A stretch of 63,908 nucleotides of DNA, the filler included, from Octopus bimaculoides (lineage: Eukaryota), in the NCBI RefSeq assembly GCF_001194135.2. It is 6 parts of 5 records of this genome, joined end to end, with 100 filler letters (N's around TTAATTAATTAA, not from the genome) between each part and the next. Parts side by side here need not be neighbours in the genome. Positions count along the whole stretch, not along the records: positions 8,062 to 26,374 come from NC_068997.1; positions 26,475 to 39,705 come from NC_068984.1; 4 more parts are not named here. The stretch is one strand, 5' to 3'. The notes beneath the pieces are model-generated. The model saw only the letters and a list, made by a program, of their open reading frames with translations, had not been told where the DNA came from and did not search any database. The translations under genes and the position numbers were made by a program. How positions within the stretch are numbered: the stretch's first letter is position 1; the number at the start of each line of letters is the position of its first letter. Shown piece after piece: positions 13,837 through 29,448 of this stretch.

Positions 13837-16157
13837 CATATATATTCTTACAAATGCACATGCATGTACACACGTAATGTTTGTAACTTTCAGGAAAGTT
13901 TTAACATGTTCAAGAGTTTTTGCATTGTGTTAGCTTTATAATAACCGTTTAGGATGATGTCTTACTGATAAAATCACATGCGTAGAACTGATATTTCACA
14001 AATGTGAAATAGCTGAAAAACAGAATTCGGTTTGTGGGACGAAGAAAAGCATTGAATATACAGATACATGAAAAAGAAAATATAGAAAAAGAAAATATAG
14101 AAAAAGAAAATATTCTTTTGTTATTTCGAATCTATTTTTCTCCTCCACTTCTAAAGTCGATTCAATTGTGTTTCTTCTAAATAAAATAGGAATTTGTGTT
14201 GAGTATTTTGTGATGAAATAGCAGTGGGATATGTTCCGATTCAGGCAATGAATATAAAAAATGAATAAGCAGAAGTTTCCCTTATATTGATGCAAACTAA
14301 TACAAAATTATTTCGTAGATTGCATCCATATCATCGATTGACGTGCTAGACGTAGTAGTCAAACCCTTCTCGAATCTCTTACCATCTTCCTACAAATGAA
14401 AGACATTATTTAAAGTTTATGCTACAAATCGCAGACCAGACGGTCCCGGCTGGACTGTTTTTGCTTTTGAGTTTTCCGATCAGAGTTCGCGCGAGTGAAA
14501 AATATGCTGAAACAAGTCTTCAATAAAATATATTTCCGTGACTAAAATAGTGACGATTCAACAGAAAGTAAACCAGAATGAAGGCCAATAAAGAACTGAA
14601 AAAAAAAAAAAAATTTTGGAAGGGTAACATTCCATGACTGAGAAACCGGTAAGTTGTATGGACATGTTCCAACAACTGAATAATGATAATGTGTACAAAG
14701 TTACATGGATATAACTGTCTAAACAAAAAAAAAATTGTAAAAGCTATGTTCAAATTTAATTTACCGAAGACAAATCTGTTGCGGTTGACATCTTGAGCTG
14801 ATCTGATTGGAACTTTGTCCGGAGATGATAGGGAAACAATCAAAGTAAAAGCAGATTGAAACTGAACTCAGTGGAATGGAAAACTACACATAAAAATGAA
14901 ATGGAAAAACATAATTCACAATGTTAGAGACATAAAAAAAAAGAGAGCCCTGGAAGACACAAACCAACTCGTATTAATCAATCTTATAAGTCATTAACGC
15001 AGATCATGATTACAATGATAACAATTTCTTTTACAAAAACCAGAAAATAAAATAGACTTCTCACATTCATCTCATTCCACACACTTGTCGCTCATTAAAA
15101 TAGCAGAAAATCACCAACAATGTTCTCATTTTCCACAGAGTTCATTAACAAACTGTAGAAAATAGAGAAGGCTCAAACAGTTCCTAACATATAAGACAAT
15201 CCTCTGAGGATGGAACTCTAAAAGAAAACGAGAAACAACAAAACAATCCGACTTTAAGGTAAAACTAATTTTTTTCTGACATGAAGATAGAACACGCTCG
15301 GAAAACTGCGCTTTGGCGACAGCAAAGATTTTGAGATAAGTAGTTATATGTTAAAATATCGTAGAAAGAGACCCTGCGAGACCCTTGGCAACAGGGTGTT
15401 GTCCGCTCTTATAGAATTAGCCAGAGCAGCAGTGAAATGGAAACTCTGAGAAGTGAAATGGTAAAAATACTATTAACAACAACAACGTGTGACATATGCA
15501 ATAACATTATTCTTAAGAAATATATTTCATAAAAAGCAAGAAGGTATAGAATTACGGGGAAATTTCATCGACAAACGGGATGGTATATATTCACGGTACA
15601 CATGCCCAGCCAATAAATCGTATAACCTAGTGACAGACTAAGAGAGAAATAAATATCAAGGAAAATACTTATTTGAATCATATCTTGTATATAAGTTGCA
15701 GCAACGTCTCATCAAATCGGTTTAATCGAAATCAGTATTGGTGATAGATTCATAGAAGAAAGAAAATATTGAGTTAAAAACCATAAATAAGATGTTGCTA
15801 CTTATTTCAGCATGAACATATACACACATTCGTGTGTATGTGTGTGTGTGTATAATGTGTGAATATACGTATATTTTCTCGCTTTCCGATCCCTTCTCTT
15901 TGGGTATATATGTTTTATACATGTGCGCGCACACACATTATATTTATATATACATATGTAAAAATTGTTGTTTTATGAGAGGCATAGGCTAGTAAAATTG
16001 CCAGACATCATAAAGAGTTGATATAGCAGTTGTAGAAGCTCCCCACCCCTTGTGACTGAGGCTGAGCTAGTAAACTAGATTCCAGCAATTTCATTAACGT
16101 CTTTATTTATATACATACATATTTACGTACATATATGCGTATACATACGTGTGTGTA

Positions 16158-16196
<39 letters not shown>

Positions 16197-16514
16197 NNNN
16201 NNNNNNNNNNNNNNNNNNNNNNNNNNNNNNNNNNNNNNNNNNNNNNNNNNNNNNNNNNNNNNNNNNNNNNNNNNNNNNNNNNNNNNNNNNNNNNNNNNNN
16301 NNNNNNNNNNNNNNNNNNNNNNNNNNNNNNNNNNNNNNNNNNNNNNNNNNNNNNNNNNNNNNNNNNNNNNNNNNNNNNNNNNNNNNNNNNNNNNNNNNNN
16401 NNNNNNNNNNNNNNNNNNNNNNNNNNNNNNNNNNNNNNNNNNNNNNNNNNNNNNNNNNNNNNNNNNNNNNNNNNNNNNNNNNNNNNNNNNNNNNNNNNNN
16501 NNNNNNNNNNNNNN

Positions 16515-16550
<36 letters not shown>

Positions 16551-17484
16551 TATGCATGTACATAAATACGTACACAGTGTGTATGTGTGTGTGTTTGAAA
16601 GTGTGAAAAGGAGAAACCAATTTATGTAATCATAAACGTGTTTTTTTTTCCTTCCTCGTATCTCATTTCGATTAATTTTCCAACATTAAATATATTTTCC
16701 GTTACGACCATTTACCATGACACAACCATTCGTAATTTTTTTTTTCACCCCCGACAAAACACTTTTTCCTCCATCTTGGATTCATTCCTTTCTTGTCATA
16801 ACCATTTTATAGACTTTCAGCTCTTCTTGCTATGTTGATGATAATTTGTGATTGGTCACAGTTGTTGGCACTTGAGACTATTATTTTTTGTGATATGTCT
16901 TAGAGACTTAACTATGTTATTGATTGGAGTGTCTGCAAGACAAAGATAACGAAATACATACACATCTAAATGCGCGCGAGCGAGTTGTGTGTCTATTTGT
17001 GTGTGTCTGTATGCGCGCGTGTGTGTATATATGTAAGTTCGTGCGCTTCTTTGTTTATTAACTAATAAACCGAACGTAAACTAGCCTTGCACATGTGACG
17101 AACATTTCGCCGAAACGGTAAAGAGAAGTAAGCATTTTTCTCTTTTTAGATAGAATTTAAACTGAAGAAAAAAATATCGGGGAAAATTAATCAATTTTCA
17201 GTATTCAAGCAGAACATCTAATGAGTAGAATGAGTGTATATGTTTTGTTACCTCTGCTTTTGAAATGTATTAATAGTTTCGTTATTGAAGCAATATTTTG
17301 AAAAAAAAAATTAAGATCATAAAAAGTTTTAGTTATTCATTCCGTTTTCATCACATCACTGTTATTGTAAATATGTAATTAGATTTAAATAAATAGATGA
17401 CAATCCCGTGACACTAATTCTCGCACCATATTTGTCAGTGACCTAGGTTCTATTCCCACTTGAGTCCTTTCACTTCTTTCCACT

Positions 17485-17570
17485 GGTACTCCGTCGGTTA
17501 CGAGGAGGGTTCCAGTTGATCCGATTAACTGAACAGTTTTCTTCAGGAATTAACGTGCAAGTGGCTGAAT
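17485..17570 (-). mobile_element. 3' fragment of SINE family B
   Basis: Reverse complement matches the tail of the 24278 and 51399 SINEs (cagccacttgcacgttaatt...gatcggatcaactggaaccctc...gacggagt). Confidence 0.7.
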
Positions 17571-17749
17571 GGTAGTCGTTTTAGCATTTTCGGGTTTATC
17601 CTCGATGTGTAATGAAACTCAGTTCTGTGCGTGTGTATATATATATATATATATATGAGGAAGAGAGAGAGACATTATCGCATCCAAATTCAAAGATTTT
17701 CCCCACAAACTGAGGATGTCAAAACCAAGTGGCGAAAGTTTTGTTCAGC

Positions 17750-18580
17750 GTTTTTGATGAGTTTTATGAAATGGATTATCCTGCGCAGCCGTTGTTGAAG
17801 TGACTTCATACACTCGGTGGGTGTAGGATCGATTGCTGATATTTGCAAATGCAATGATGCTACTCGACTCATCAGAAAGTGGTGTCCAGCAAAGTGCACT
17901 GAATGGGTTTTCTGTCGCTTGTTGGGCAACAAGAATGAAAATTATTATTGTGAACGCTGAGACATTGGTCTCGCCAAGAAAGTTTTCCTGATGAGCTCTG
18001 CTTATTAGTGGAACATCACTGAGGAAAATGAAGAAGTTTAAGTATCTGGAGGCTGTATTCACGGGTGATGGGGAGGAACAGGATATTGAATGGGATGCTA
18101 GAATTTGAGGTGCTCGTAGCTTCAGCATTTGATCCTCAAAAGAGAACTCGGTAAGAAAGCCAAATTCGCTATTTTATTTTATGTATCAATCCTCACCGAT
18201 AGTCATGAATGTAGGGTAATGACCGAAAATGTACAATCGTGAATACAAGCAGGGGTTATTCCGAAGGATCTCTGGAATAGCATTATTCGACAGGATGCGT
18301 TACTCAGGGATTGAGAATGCTCGCCAGATCGAGCTGTTACTTCTCCGCATTGGGAGGTCACAGCTCTAATACTACAAACATGTGATAGAATGTCACTGAC
18401 AAGAATCACAGGATCGATTCTTCAAGCCAAGATAACTGACAGAAAACCCAGGGTCTGACCAAGAACGAGATGGTTCAATAACATCCATCGTCACAGTTGG
18501 TCAGGCTTGGGAATCAAGCTGGGGGTGCCATGACGGCTGTTTCTGATAAAACTCTATGAAGGAGGCACCTGAGGACACCA
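17750..18580 (+). pseudogene. Decayed RTE-clade LINE, RT C-terminal half
   Basis: Frameshifted remnants: SSESGVQQSALNGFSVACWATRMKI, KKFKYLEAVFT, KRELGKKAKFAI, YVSILTDSHEC, RIGRSQL, KPRV.PRTRW. Confidence 0.75.
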
Positions 18581-19090
18581 ACTCTCCCGTCGAACCTCCA
18601 GGAATGGTGGGCAAAGAAGATAGATGGATGGATGTTTATTTTCACCTCGTAAATTTCGTCATACCTATTTAAATTCTAAAATTAGTGGAGATTTATTATG
18701 TCATTCCGTGCTAACAGAGCTTTCTCCGTTGAAATAATAATGCAATTGGAATATTTTCGAAAATATGTTTTCCAGTCGTTATTTGATAGTATTACCAAAT
18801 CGTTTCGTTCAAGTTTCATAAAGAAAAACCATTTAGAGAAAATTTTATTTCGTTCTCGTTTTCTTTCACACACACACACACACACAAATTTGTAAAATAA
18901 TTGCGTTGATTTTAGTAATGATGTCCTGTTAATGATGGTTGGGTTAATGGTAGTGATGATGGCGATGGCAGTGATGGTTTATGTGATTTTAGGAGCACTG
19001 TGTTAGTGGCGATGGTGCTGGGGTAGTAATGACGATGTTAATTGTGGAATGGTTGTTTTAATAGTGGATAATTTTTTTTTTCTATTTCAG

Positions 19091-19146
19091 ATGAATTGTA
19101 TGATATGATGGAAGATCAAAGCAAAATGCGTGGCGTTATTTTGTGA
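19091..19146 (+). CDS. Candidate terminal exon, unidentified
   Basis: Strong acceptor ttttttttctatttcag|AT; (D)ELYDMMEDQSKMRGVIL*. Confidence 0.25.
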
Positions 19147-19930
19147 ATACGGAAAGAAAATGAAACAAATTAAAAGTTATGCTATAGGTGAACATATTCA
19201 GGTATTTCATCATATTGCACCTGCTTACTTCTCGATTAAATATACTTGAACCCCAGTAATAGCTACCATAATTGTATAATGATTACAACTATCAGATGGC
19301 GGAGGAGCTGCCTGCTCTATTCAGAAAGACATTTCCATTCACTTCACAAGAACAATTTCTCGGGTCATATACAAGAATGCACACACTGCAAAATGAGCCT
19401 GTTCTTTTGAGAATTATATTTTTCACAGTTCTGTATATAACAACGGGAATGTTTATGTTGATTAAATACCGAGAGCTCGGAAATTTGCACAGACAACATT
19501 TTGTCTTTCTATCCGTGACAAGAAATAAATCTCAAAGGTTAAGCATACTCCTATAGGCACCTTATCTATTACACATATTTGCTATAGCTACAAGGATACA
19601 AATGAATCGATGTACGATGTTTGACTTGAAAGAAGACAAATAAAGCTAAGAATTAATAGACTGGACAAAACTCATTGCCAGAGGAAACTGAGGATGGGGG
19701 AGGTGTACTCGTCTTTCATCTACCATACAACACTCAAGAAATATGTTAAAATTTCATTGCAGTTTGTTCACCAAAAATCATTAGACATAAGTATCCATAG
19801 AAAAATCAATTATCATTCAAAAACTATAACAAGCGTTATCCAGGTTGTTGCATAATGTTTGCCAGATGTCGGATACAGCAGCCAAACCTCCCTTAAGTGA
19901 CACGTTATCGTATAAAAAGGACGCATAAAT

Positions 19931-19967
<37 letters not shown>

Positions 19968-20020
19968 GTGGGGTACAAGTGTTTAACTTAACCCCGGAGT
20001 CGGTAGACGGAAATTGAAAG

Positions 20021-20085
<65 letters not shown>

Positions 20086-20140
20086 TTTATCAATTTGTGT
20101 TGAAACAGATGTGAAATGTGTTGAAACAGATCTTGTTGCA

Positions 20141-20385
20141 TTTCGGGATGGTCATTTTTATTTTTTTGCCAAATAAACACACGCACTATATATTTGTTCT
20201 TCACTTGTTTATTACTGTTCTTTCTCTCTTACTTTATTTTAATTCATGTCCATTGTCCAGAGAATGGACATGAGTTAAAATTAAAAAAAAAAAGAGAACA
20301 GTAATAAACAAGTGAAGAACAAATATATAGTGCGTGTGTTTATTTGGCAAAAAGTAAAAAATATATACAAATGACCATCCCGAAA
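20141..20385. repeat. ~245 bp imperfect palindrome (hairpin)
   Basis: tttcgggatggtcattt...ttcatgtccatt-gtccagag-aatggacatgag...aaatgaccatcccgaaa; 8-nt loop at 20255-20262. Confidence 0.9.
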
Positions 20386-21066
20386 TAAAACTATATAAAA
20401 TGCACGAATAGAAACTGGTAGAATGGCCGCAGTTAAAACGCCGTTGACAGTTTGTTAACGACATCACAAACAGCAGCAGAAACATTTTTGTTCTAAAATA
20501 CGGGGTTTTTCAAAGGAATTCTAAATTTGTGTAAAGTATCATCACATTTTAAGTCTGTAAATATAAAGTAAGGCACTTACAACATTTTGATCTTTGCTAT
20601 CATATTTTATAGTTGCGCAAATATGTGTGCATATACACACACATTTATACACATATAAACATGTACGTGTATATATATACGCATGTACGTTTATATATAT
20701 ACACATGTACGTTTATATATATACACATGTACGTTTATATATATATATATATANNNNNNNNNNNNNNNNNNNNNNNNNNNNNNNNNNNNNNNNNNNNNNN
20801 NNNNNNNNNNNNNNNNNNNNNNNNNNNNNNNNNNNNNNNNNNNNNNNNNNNNNNNNNNNNNNNNNNNNNNNNNNNNNNNNNNNNNNNNNNNNNNNNNNNN
20901 NNNNNNNNNNNNNNNNNNNNNNNNNNNNNNNNNNNNNNNNNNNNNNNNNNNNNNNNNNNNNNNNNNNNNNNNNNNNNNNNNNNNNNNNNNNNNNNNNNNN
21001 NNNNNNNNNNNNNNNNNNNNNNNNNNNNNNNNNNNNNNNNNNNNNNNNNNNNNNNNNNNNNNNNNN

Positions 21067-21105
<39 letters not shown>

Positions 21106-21414
21106 TGTGTGTATATTTACACATATATATGTATATATACGCTTACATCTATTTGAGTATTCCTACAGACACAGGCGAACACGTACATGATTACAAGGGG
21201 TGTGTGTGTTATCTGTGTTATGAGTGCCTAATATATATATGTGTGCATCTAAGATTACTGAAGAAATGCTAAAACGGAGTTGGAAGCTAAAGCAGCCTTC
21301 AGCAATTCGTTTGCAATATTTTAACAAATCGTCTAAGTTTTACCTTTCTATTTTATATATTTATTTTATTACATTTTCGACTCAACGAAATATACATATA
21401 CTTCTCGCCAAAAC

Positions 21415-21466
<52 letters not shown>

Positions 21467-22848
21467 NNNNNNNNNNNNNNNNNNNNNNNNNNNNNNNNNN
21501 NNNNNNNNNNNNNNNNNNNNNNNNNNNNNNNNNNNNNNNNNNNNNNNNNNNNNNNNNNNNNNNNNNNNNNNNNNNNNNNNNNNNNNNNNNNNNNNNNNNN
21601 NNNNNNNNNNNNNNNNNNNNNNNNNNNNNNNNNNNNNNNNNNNNNNNNNNNNNNNNNNNNNNNNNNNNNNNNNNNNNNNNNNNNNNNNNNNNNNNNNNNN
21701 NNNNNNNNNNNNNNNNNNNNNNNNNNNNNNNNNNNNNNNNNNNNNNNNNNNNNNNNNNNNNNNNNNNNNNNNNNNNNNNNNNNNNNNNNNNNNNNNNNNN
21801 NNNNNNNNNNNNNNNNNNNNNNNNNNNNNNNNNNNNNNNNNNNNNNNNNNNNNNNNNNNNNNNNNNNNNNNNNNNNNNNNNNNNNNNNNNNNNNNNNNNN
21901 NNNNNNNNNNNNNNNNNTATAGATAGATAGTTAGATAAATTTGTGTTTGTGTGTGTGTGTGTGTCTGGATAATCCATTATTAATAACTATGTGTGTGTGT
22001 ATGTGGAGAGAAAGAGAGAGAAACAGACAAGACAGACACACAAAGAGAGAGAGAGAGAGAGAGAGAGAGATCTTAGATATGTTTTGGCCAAAGATTGGCC
22101 TAAGAGATGTCTTACCTAATAGCCCCACCCGATAGGACCTGTTAAGTCCAATATTGTGGTATTATGGCCCATTCCTGTAGGAAGTTGCTGACTGAGATGT
22201 ACCTAGGTACTGGTGGCAAAACTAGTATTCCTTCAACAAATTTAAATTTCGTTTAAAGGTGATAGGATCTTTTTCTTCCTTGATTTGTTTTGGGATAACG
22301 AAATGATATTGTATTGCAGTCAGTTTATGTGTTGTTAGCTTGATCTAAGTAGGGGTAGTGTAGCACGTGACCCAGCCTTGGATGAATTCTGAATGTAATG
22401 TTATAATCATTAGAACGATTCTGGTGGTATATCCTCCACATTTTGTAAATGAAATAGCTAGAAAGAATCCTAAATCCAGGAAAAGTTTACTTTATAAAAA
22501 AAGCGGCATTAAAATAATTAAGTTTACATCACTTAATAACAAGAAACTATCTTGAAATATTTCTAACGGGATTTTTAAAATTTATTTATTCAATAAAGTT
22601 AACTTTGTATGAGGTAGCCAGAGTAGTTCTCTGGAAATAGCATACGAAAACAAACAGGCCAAGAAGGACACATTTGTAAAATCATTTATCACCACCACCA
22701 TTACTACTACTATTACTACGTGCCAACTGTTTAACAGCTCTTTTCACTTTTGTTAAAATGAAAATTCAAATTTAATTCCAACAAAATACTAAACTACCAT
22801 GCACACACGTTTGTAAATATATGTGGGCGTGTAAAAAAAAATGAGCGC

Positions 22849-22917
<69 letters not shown>

Positions 22918-23551
22918 CACACACACAGAGGGGAGGGGAGAAATCGAGATAAAGGGAGAGGTGTAAATATATTTATGGTCATTCGTCAGCGATAATGAAA
23001 GAATATTCATATCACGAGATTAATTGTTTTCTCAGACAATCTTGAAATCCATTAATTATACAACGTTGTGTTGTTGTTGTTCTTATTGTGTACAACTGAA
23101 GCCTGCAGTGGTAGGATGGCATGAGTTGGGGGAGTAATAACATGACTAGTTTTTCAATTTCTTATATGTTGCAAATATTTGAAATAACAACGGTTGGAAG
23201 AAGAGAGAGGGGGGAGGGAGAGAGAGAGCGAGACAGACGGAATTAGAGGGAGACTGCTATATTTCAGTTGGGAAATTGAAATTTAGATACGCTGTGGGTC
23301 GCTGTGTATAACTACGGACGCACACACACACACACACACATATTGAATGAATGAAATTTACAGAAAAAACAAAAGACAAATGTATTAATTTGACGCTCGG
23401 AAAAGTGAGATAGTCTTTTACGTTTCGAACCTACGCTCTTCAACAGATAGGAATAAGAGAAAATAAACAGATAAACAGAGTGAATAAAAAAAAAAAAACT
23501 CGTAAATTTAGCGATCAAGCATGGTAACTGGTTGGGGAAAAAAGGTTGACA

Positions 23552-23592
<41 letters not shown>

Positions 23593-24277
23593 CATACATG
23601 AACACTTGCTCTTGTAAGTGATGAAATTACTGAACAGAGGCTGTCTTGACCTTGCCCTGTTATCAAAGAGTTAGCACTGAATATGAGCAATCACAAATAG
23701 TCACAAATCTTTGGACTTATTAGCTTCTCACAAATACGTTAGTAGGGAGAATTTTAATGTTTTCTTCAGCAAATACCCACGGCAAACCATTTATCTATTC
23801 TTGGCTGTCCGAATAAATGAAACTGAAGAATGGTGTCAATCCTCAGAGCTATACAAAATATCAGGTCTTCATTCGTCTGTAGAGGGAGCAATTCTCAAAT
23901 TCAGAAAATGCTTTCACAACTGAGTGTGACTAAAAGGTCATATCTAAAGCAGAACATAAGTCGCTTACATTAGTTCCTTGCCTTACGCATTTATATTAAT
24001 AGAAAGACACAAACAGGGGAGGTCAATGGAGATGGGCAGCAGGTAACAGTAAGGGCCAAGGCCATGTTTCCTTCCTGTATTTTGGTTATCTCCATAATCT
24101 ATGAATGAGGGTCGGGTTAACCCGTGAGAATCCATGTGGTCGCAAGAAACAGTCAAATCTTCCGAAGTGATATAACTAAGCAAACATACATTAGAAAGTG
24201 TCAACCCTGAAAAAAAGGGTCGATAGCCACGGATGGATGTTAAGGTTGCCAAATGTTATACGACTATTGGTAAGAGA

Positions 24278-24650
24278 GTGGAGGCGCAATGGTCCAGTGG
24301 TTTGGGCAGCGGACTCACGGTCGTAGAATCGCGGTTTCGATTTCCAGACCGAGCGTTGTGAGTGTTTATTGAGCGAATATACTTAATTCTCCACGAGGCT
24401 CCGGCAGGAGGTGGTGGCGAACCCTGCTGTACTCTTTCACAACTTACTCTCACTTTTTCTTCCTGTTCCTGTTGTACCTGTATTTCAAAGAGCCAGCCGT
24501 GTCACACTGTGTCACACTGAATTCCCCGAGAACTACGTTGAGGGTACATGTGTTTGTGGAGTGCTCAGCTGGGTGCCCATTGATTTTACGAGCAGGCCGT
24601 TCCGTTGATCGGATCAACTGGAACCCTCGTCGTCGTAACCGACGGAGTGT
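24278..24650 (+). mobile_element. tRNA-derived SINE (family B), full length
   Basis: A-box/B-box head GTGGAGGCGCAATGGTCCAGTGG...GGTTTCGATTTCCAGACC; body shared with copies at 44893, 48372 and 51399. Confidence 0.9.
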
Positions 24651-24719
24651 CGCGAGCGATTGGTAAGAGAGACAACAAGATGTCAGCACATTGTTAAGGA
24701 TCTTACCACAAGCTTAATC

Positions 24720-25010
24720 ACCAAAAGATCTCATGTGCTGTGTCGCTATGCACACAGAAATTGGTCGCTGTGGGTCCGATTCCCGGAGTGGGAGTTGTGT
24801 TCTTGACCAAAACACTTGCATTCACGTTATTCCTGTCCACTTAGCTGGAAAGGGGTAACCCTGTGAGGGACAAGACTTCTAATCAGGGGGAATGTTGGCC
24901 TTCTTCCCTAGCTAGCAGGGTGGCATCATTGGAAAGCTAAAATAATGCTAAGCGCATTGTGACCAGCCGTGTGTATCAACATCTGATAGTCTGGTCGATG
25001 TCGTGTAACC
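24720..25010 (+). mobile_element. Degenerate SINE (separate family)
   Basis: B-box-like GGTCCGATTCCCGG followed by gttgtgttcttgaccaaaacacttgcattcacgtt...tccacttagctgg, a typical SINE central domain. Confidence 0.5.
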
Positions 25011-26316
25011 GTGACATTATCTTTACATACAGGAACGATTGAGTCAACGAGACTATTCTCTCGAGACTGGATCCGACTGCAAGAATATCTAGCAGAACAT
25101 TTCCTATTATCTTTAAAACGATAAGCAAAATTTTATAATGTTGTTGAAGGTGGATTATAATTGAAATAAAAGCTCTGGCCCCAAACTGAGCATATCGGAT
25201 GATAGAATTGTTAGATCAAAGATAAATGGGACGTAACGGCAATGGAATAAACATCAGCAACGATCACAGCAGGACTCGCAGCAGGACTCGCAGCAGCAGC
25301 AGCAACAGCAAAACCAACCGTATTGTAATTCTACTGAATGGACAGATAAATGGGATATCTTTTTTATCAAATGTGTTTGTAAATCATTGAAATTGCATTT
25401 CAAACGATTTGAAGCTATTTCCCATCCAGTTTTGCTACAAACGAGATAGGAAGAGGCATTATCGCCACAGCATGTCTTCCTCATTTACCCCTTTTATTTC
25501 TGAGCTCAAGCAGAACGAGCAAGAAAAAAGGGTAACCAGTATTTCTCTTCATTTCACACACCTTTTGTTGTTGGAGGTTTGCAGGTTTGTTACTGCAGTT
25601 CCTTTTCGACATTGATGTTGTTGCAGTGACCGTAGTCGTCGTTATCGTTCGTGTTATTGTTCCACTGATTGCTGTTGTTGTTATGCAGAATTGTATTGAT
25701 GATGTTATTAGAAGCAAGATTTTTAAAGCAAAATTTCGCAACGTTTGTAACATTACAGATTTTGTTGAATAACGGAGACTTTTGAAGGAGATAAGATGTC
25801 TATATGTTAGGATGATGGGATATAACAGCATTCGTATGTGTGTATGCCTCTCTCTATATACAGATATATGTGCACGTGTGCGTATGTATATATATATATA
25901 ACATACACACACACATACAGATATATATAGATATGTAGCCAATTATTATTAGTGTTTTTATTACTGTTAATATTATTATTATTTAACTTCAAAGGCAAAC
26001 AAATTGAAAGGAAGAAAAAATAAAGGTTTATGTTAGTCTTTCTACCTTTCTATGCATGTATGTATGTATGTATGATCTTCTCGACGTGTGTATGCATTAG
26101 TGTGCCTCTGTGCTTGTATGTTTAAATATACATAAGGTAGACAGTGACGCACGACCATAACAGATGTGTACTGATGTTCCTGTACGTAACCACGTTTTAT
26201 ATGTTTATTCAACATATGTAAATAGTCATACACATTCACATATGCATAAAATTCTATCATAACAAATATGAACATACATGCCTTCATATATGTATAATAC
26301 TATATGCCTACATACA

Positions 26317-26374
<58 letters not shown>

Positions 26375-26474
26375 NNNNNNNNNNNNNNNNNNNNNNNNNN
26401 NNNNNNNNNNNNNNNNNNTTAATTAATTAANNNNNNNNNNNNNNNNNNNNNNNNNNNNNNNNNNNNNNNNNNNN

Positions 26475-26784
26475 AAATACAAAGACCTGGAAATAGAGGT
26501 AACTCGAATGTGGAATCTAAAATCAGAAACAATTCCTATCATAGTAGGTGCCTTAGGTATAATAAAAAAATATTCAGACAAATACATAAGAAAAACACCA
26601 GGACTTACAAATAAAAATAACATACAGAAAATTGCACTACTGGGCACTGCACACGTCCTACGCAAAACACTTTCAATACAGTAACCCTAAGAGCATCACA
26701 GCAAACCACAGCACATACCCAAGGCACACAGAGCTGCGCTCGGTAGTGAAGTGAAAGCAGATTATAAAAATAAAACTACTGAAC
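26475..26784 (+). mobile_element. R4/Dong-type RLE LINE 3' end (copy A)
   Basis: KYKDLEIEVTRMWNLKSETIPIIVGALG...LLGTAHVLRKTL; 3' UTR ends at an (AAT)n run; near-identical to copy C. Confidence 0.85.
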
Positions 26785-26822
<38 letters not shown>

Positions 26823-26833
26823 TAATAATAATA

Positions 26834-28694
<1,861 letters not shown>

Positions 28695-28712
28695 TAATAA
28701 TAATAATAATAA

Positions 28713-29393
28713 ATAACAAGTAACTGTAGAATGTGTGGAGATGGACAAGAAGCAATAAATCATATTATCTCTGGCTGCCCAGTCCTGGCTAAGAAGGAAT
28801 ATATTCACAGACACGACAGAGCTGGGACCTATATACACTGGAAGCTATGCCAACACTATGGAATAACAACAGAAAAAAGATGGTATAAACACACGCCAGA
28901 AAAGGTCAGAGAAAACGAGAAAGCAACCATACTCTGGGATATGCCAATACACACAGATAGAGAAATTAAGGCCAATAGACCAGATATAGTTGTCAAAGAT
29001 CATGAAGAAAAAAAATGCTTTCTAATTGATGTATCAATACCAACAGATAACAACGTTTCCCTAAAAGAAATGGAAAAACTTTCAAAATACAAAGACCTGG
29101 AAATAGAGGTAACTCGAATGTGGAACTAAAAAACAGAAACAATTCCTTTCATAGTGGGCGCATTAAGTATGATAAAAAATATTCAGACAAATGCAAAAGA
29201 AAAACACCAGGACTTACAAGTATATATAACATACAGAAAATTGCACTACTGGGCACTGCACACATCGTACGCAAAACACTTTCAATACAGTAACCATAAG
29301 AGCATCACAGCAAACCACAGCATATACCCAACGCACACAGAGCTGCGCTCGGTAGTGAAGTGAAAGCACGTTATAAAAATAAAACTACTGAAC
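28713..29393 (+). mobile_element. R4/Dong-type LINE, 5'-truncated young copy C
   Basis: ORF 28731-29129: CGDGQEAINHIISGCPVLAKKEYIHRHD (CCHC) and NRPDIVVKD...FLIDVSIP...EKLSKYKDL (PD-(D/E)xK); flanked by (AAT)n. Confidence 0.92.
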
Positions 29394-29447
<54 letters not shown>

Positions 29448-29448
<1 letters not shown>

